From a virus (Duplodnaviria > Caudoviricetes), in IMG/VR virus record IMGVR_UViG_3300024219_000010, positions 1 to 40,008 of that record: DNA of 40,008 bases. One strand, given 5' to 3'. The notes beneath the pieces are model-generated. The model was not told the origin of the DNA. It ran no database searches and saw only the letters and a program-made list of their open reading frames with translations. Below, piece after piece: positions 36,865 through 40,008 of this stretch. How positions within the stretch are numbered: position 1 is the first letter of the stretch; every line of letters starts with the position of its first letter. The position numbers and the translations under genes are program-made.

Positions 36865-37075
36865 AGAAGAGTTCAAGTTAGTAGCTGATGGCCTAAGCGC
36901 ACACTTCATGGTCATAGGACCAAATGATGATGGTAGTCTGAAGCAGGCATTCATCTTCATCAAGTTGAACTTCGATACGATGAGCCATGACATTGCTACC
37001 AACATGGATGGAGAGAAGCTATCAGATGTATTACAGGGTCTATCTCATAGCATAAGGAGAGACAAGGATGCCTAG
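36857..37075 (+). CDS. Hypothetical protein
   Basis: AAGGAG upstream; overlapping neighbours. Confidence 0.7.
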   Translation: MNEEEFKLVADGLSAHFMVIGPNDDGSLKQAFIFIKLNFDTMSHDIATNMDGEKLSDVLQGLSHSIRRDKDA

Positions 37076-37262
37076 TGTATCTCGTAACCAGCAACGCCTG
37101 ATGCATGGGATAGCATCAGGTAACATCCCATCTGGTAAGGGTAGACCTACTAAGGCAGTAGCACGTGACTTCGTTGCTGCTGATCATGCACGTGGTAGTA
37201 AGAAGCTGCCTCAGAGTGTAGGCCATGCCATCACACAAGGTAAGTCATTGAAGGAGATGTGA
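37068..37262 (+). CDS. Small basic phage protein (MPS.S..QQRLM family)
   Basis: MPSVSRNQQRLMH...VARDFVAAD pattern common in phages; AAGGAG upstream. Confidence 0.7.
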   Translation: MPSVSRNQQRLMHGIASGNIPSGKGRPTKAVARDFVAADHARGSKKLPQSVGHAITQGKSLKEM

Positions 37263-37468
37263 TGAAGGATGTCACATTGGGTGGTGTCGAAGTAATCGAC
37301 ACAACTGAGAAGGCAGTCCTCATCGCATGGACTGTAGCCAGTGAAGAGCATACCAGTTGGGTGCCACGTAGTCTGTGTCTCGATGGTGATACACTTAACA
37401 TAGGTGACACAGATGTATGTGTAGCCAAGTGGTTTGCTAATAAAGAGGACCTACCCTGGGAGGGCTAA
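37259..37468 (+). CDS. Small beta-barrel-like hypothetical protein
   Basis: TEKAVLI...WVPRS...VAKWFANK pattern; AAGGAG upstream. Confidence 0.7.
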   Translation: MMKDVTLGGVEVIDTTEKAVLIAWTVASEEHTSWVPRSLCLDGDTLNIGDTDVCVAKWFANKEDLPWEG

Positions 37469-37795
37469 ATGACAGCACAAGGACAGTTACCCATCAACGC
37501 AATCAAGTGGCTGCTTGAATGCGAAGCTAGGCTAGGCCAGATAGAGTCTAGCGTTCAGATGCTAGGCAAGCTAGTATCCAAGAACACAGAGCGTATGACT
37601 TCCCTTCTAGCACAGATGGAGGAAATGCAGTGTCACTTGAAGTCGTATCTGGAGGCAGAGACAGAACAGTCTTCGACAAGTTCAACACCGCTTCGAGTCC
37701 AATCCTATTCCCTGTCGGAGAGCGAAAGGTCGGATGGCAGCAGCGTGATGGTGCTTACAGAGAAACTCGTGGGCACAAAGCCATCATCCGATTGA
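37469..37795 (+). CDS. Coiled-coil hypothetical protein overlapping the next gene
   Basis: GGAGG upstream; heptad N-terminal half. Confidence 0.55.
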   Translation: MTAQGQLPINAIKWLLECEARLGQIESSVQMLGKLVSKNTERMTSLLAQMEEMQCHLKSYLEAETEQSSTSSTPLRVQSYSLSESERSDGSSVMVLTEKLVGTKPSSD

Positions 37796-38547
37796 ATGAG
37801 AAAGGAGACAATGCACAACTGCTTAACATCGTAGGCTCTACCTACAAACTGGTCCACAACCGAGAGCTTATGGGTGCAGTCGAAGAAGCGATGTGCAATG
37901 AGATGCTGCCTGAGCATCTAGCTGGTGTGCAGGTGACAGACAAGGTGAGTGGCTGGGGTAAGTTATGTTTTCGCACTTATGTGTTCCCTAACATCAAGTG
38001 TAAGGTCAACACACCAGGCATCAAGTCAGACATTGGCTTTCGCATCATCGTTCAGAATGGCTATGGTGGTTCTGCACTACGGATACATGCAGGTGCTATT
38101 GACTTCTACTGCACCAATGGAATGATAAGAGGTGAGTATGTATCTGCTTATCGACGGCATACTAGTGGTCTGGTTGTTGGTAAGCTTAATTCCACCATTG
38201 CGGATGCCCTAGTTGAGTTTGCTAAGGCTGGAGAGGAATGGCAGGCGTGGAGTAAGACACCTGTCAAGCACGAGAAGGCAATGGACCTGTTCCGTGCTAT
38301 CGCATCCAGTGAGAAGATGCGTGAAGGACTCACTGACCAATACATGCGAGAGACAGAAGGACGAGGCAACAACCTGTGGGCTGTCTACTCCACACTCACA
38401 TACTATGCATCACATCCTGAAGGAGACTTCGCACTACGAAAGTCAGTAGAGGAACAAGACAACGTAGCTGTGACTGTGCTACGACATGAGCTTGACGTAG
38501 CTAGATGGGTGCATATGAAGGAATGGAAGCAGTTGGAGACAGCTTGA
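37630..38547 (+). CDS. DUF932-like protein
   Basis: LNIVGSTYKLVHNRE, NGYGG...AG..FYCTNGM, HTSG, NLWAVYSTLT.YASH motifs; GTG with GGAGG 7 nt upstream. Confidence 0.85.
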   Translation: MSLEVVSGGRDRTVFDKFNTASSPILFPVGERKVGWQQRDGAYRETRGHKAIIRLNEKGDNAQLLNIVGSTYKLVHNRELMGAVEEAMCNEMLPEHLAGVQVTDKVSGWGKLCFRTYVFPNIKCKVNTPGIKSDIGFRIIVQNGYGGSALRIHAGAIDFYCTNGMIRGEYVSAYRRHTSGLVVGKLNSTIADALVEFAKAGEEWQAWSKTPVKHEKAMDLFRAIASSEKMREGLTDQYMRETEGRGNNLWAVYSTLTYYASHPEGDFALRKSVEEQDNVAVTVLRHELDVARWVHMKEWKQLETA

Positions 38548-38572
38548 CTTTTGTATATACATGTGCTATACT
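38544..38572 (+). promoter_or_regulatory. Sigma70-type promoter P3
   Basis: TTGACT (38544) - 17 bp - TATACT (38567) with TGn extended -10. Confidence 0.8.
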
Positions 38573-38686
38573 ACACATACTAGAGAAGGAGGAGAACAGG
38601 ATCAGTTGAGAGTTGGAGTAGCGAGGTCCGCGGGCTTGTTCGTGCTTCGCACTCACCCCCTACATACACATACATGTAAAGGACAA

Positions 38687-39154
38687 ATGGCAATGCTCAC
38701 AGCACGAGCCAAAAACCTGATTGTAGACAAGATCAACATGGCCTTTGCCTCTATTGGCAAGGACATGCCCAAGTCTAAAGCTCTGAAGAACAATGAGCAG
38801 CAGGCTTGGGAATACTTCGTATCCAGTCATCTGTATAAGTTGGCTGGCGGTAGACGTGAGGAAGCAAAGGCACAAGCAGTTGCAGCCCATGTCATTCCTG
38901 ACACAGATGATCCAGCTAACCAACGAGATGGTGGCACACTAGAAACGGTGTTCGTTGGTGACATCGTTTCTGTCACGTTGGCAGTATCTAAGCCACGTGT
39001 GACCTATGACATTGAGCGACTGAAGACGTATCTATTGAATAACAAAGTTGATCCTAAAGTAGTTCATGGTGCAATGGAACATGCATCTAAGACTGCCAAG
39101 GCAGGACATCAATTCACAGCAGCACTCATTACCGGCGAACCGAACGACAAGTGA
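38687..39154 (+). CDS. Monocistronic hypothetical protein (155 aa)
   Basis: ATG 38687 after AAAGGA; flanked by promoter P3 and a terminator. Confidence 0.75.
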   Translation: MAMLTARAKNLIVDKINMAFASIGKDMPKSKALKNNEQQAWEYFVSSHLYKLAGGRREEAKAQAVAAHVIPDTDDPANQRDGGTLETVFVGDIVSVTLAVSKPRVTYDIERLKTYLLNNKVDPKVVHGAMEHASKTAKAGHQFTAALITGEPNDK

Positions 39155-39166
39155 TTGACTAGACTA

Positions 39167-39200
39167 GCACCGCGTCCTATCATGGGGCGCGGTGTCTTTT
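39167..39200 (+). terminator. Rho-independent terminator
   Basis: GCACCGCGTCC...GGGCGCGGTGT stem followed by CTTTT. Confidence 0.85.
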
Positions 39201-39201
39201 C

Positions 39202-39471
39202 ATGGAGCAATCAATGACGGGGGTTATATTGACGGACTTCAACACACGAGTGAAGCCGAAGGAAGAAGCGCATGTCTACAACAAGCAACGATACTTAGTG
39301 CGCTTCGATCCAAATGCACCACCTGATCAACAGTGGACATGGCACTTGTCCTTCACTGTTGTGTATCCATACATGGGGAGTGCATCCACAATCCAATCAG
39401 CAAGGAATGCAGCTCAACGCAAGATAAGGAAGTTGACAGGAGAAGATGAGCGATGGTCAGAACGATCCTGA
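39202..39471 (+). CDS. Hypothetical protein
   Basis: 89 aa; start may be the second ATG (39214, after GGAG). Confidence 0.65.
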   Translation: MEQSMTGVILTDFNTRVKPKEEAHVYNKQRYLVRFDPNAPPDQQWTWHLSFTVVYPYMGSASTIQSARNAAQRKIRKLTGEDERWSERS

Positions 39472-39790
39472 TGTAATCATCAGTGAACACGATACGCCAA
39501 CTGAGCGAGTTGCAATCAATCAACTGTCTGTAGATGAGTTAGATGCATGGCTTGAAGTCATACGCACACGCCGTTTGGCTACTGTGCAGAAGCTTGAAGC
39601 CATTGCCAAAGTGCGTGCAGATGAAGCACGTCTAGAAACATTCCTGAAGTTCCAACGTGCATATGATCGTGCCAAGAAGGCAGTGAAGAAACTAGACGAA
39701 CAACTTGATAAGACAGAAGTTGTAGTGCATAAGGCTCGCTTACTCGCAATGGCCATGGAAATGGAGGTGAGTGAAGATGCCGACTGTTAG
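39446..39790 (+). CDS. Coiled-coil hypothetical protein
   Basis: AGGAG upstream; helical and charged. Confidence 0.75.
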   Translation: MSDGQNDPDVIISEHDTPTERVAINQLSVDELDAWLEVIRTRRLATVQKLEAIAKVRADEARLETFLKFQRAYDRAKKAVKKLDEQLDKTEVVVHKARLLAMAMEMEVSEDADC

Positions 39791-40008
39791 GGGTCCAGTC
39801 CGTGCTCGTGACTTACGAGCCAGCATCAAAGAGTTAGGCTTTGAACAAGCCACAGTGACTACACTCGAATATCTTCTAGAGGAACGTGCAGAGTATCGAC
39901 AGCATATGCGTGAGATGGCTGAGATGCTCAACAAGTGTATTGATGCTGTAGGTGTAATGCAGGAAGTCGGTAACAGCGTCACGCAGAAACTAGAACAACT
40001 GAAGCGTG
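39777..40008 (+). CDS. Hypothetical protein, 3'-truncated by window edge
   Basis: GGAGG upstream; MPTVRGPVRARDLRASIKELG... stays open to the end of the window. Confidence 0.7.
   Translation, partial: MPTVRGPVRARDLRASIKELGFEQATVTTLEYLLEERAEYRQHMREMAEMLNKCIDAVGVMQEVGNSVTQKLEQLKR

Overview
This window is most of the genome of a dsDNA tailed phage with podovirus-like (short tail, ejection proteins) architecture, organised in two arms. On the + strand, 1-2583 holds the end of the replication module: a family A DNA polymerase cut by the window edge and a DUF3987-type P-loop helicase-like gene. It converges on one long, tightly coupled - strand late operon (30724 to 2781). That operon encodes TerS, a head-spike/enzyme cassette, TerL, a small membrane protein, portal, scaffold, major capsid, decoration proteins, adaptor, fibres/spike, nozzle, two GNAT-fold proteins and four ejection-type proteins. 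A non-coding, palindrome-rich divergent region (~30730-31430) precedes a + strand early region. The early region has three near-consensus sigma70 promoters, intrinsic terminators and many small genes, including an HNH nuclease, an NrdR-like zinc ribbon and a DUF932-like protein. I recognised no integrase, RNA polymerase, tRNA, CRISPR array or clear endolysin. The most unusual observations are a tailspike-like beta-helix protein with a Sec signal peptide, paired GNAT/ejection-protein units, a His at the PolA 762 position, recurring intergenic GNA-triloop mini-hairpins and structured early leaders. All family assignments come from motif recognition by eye, not from database searches.
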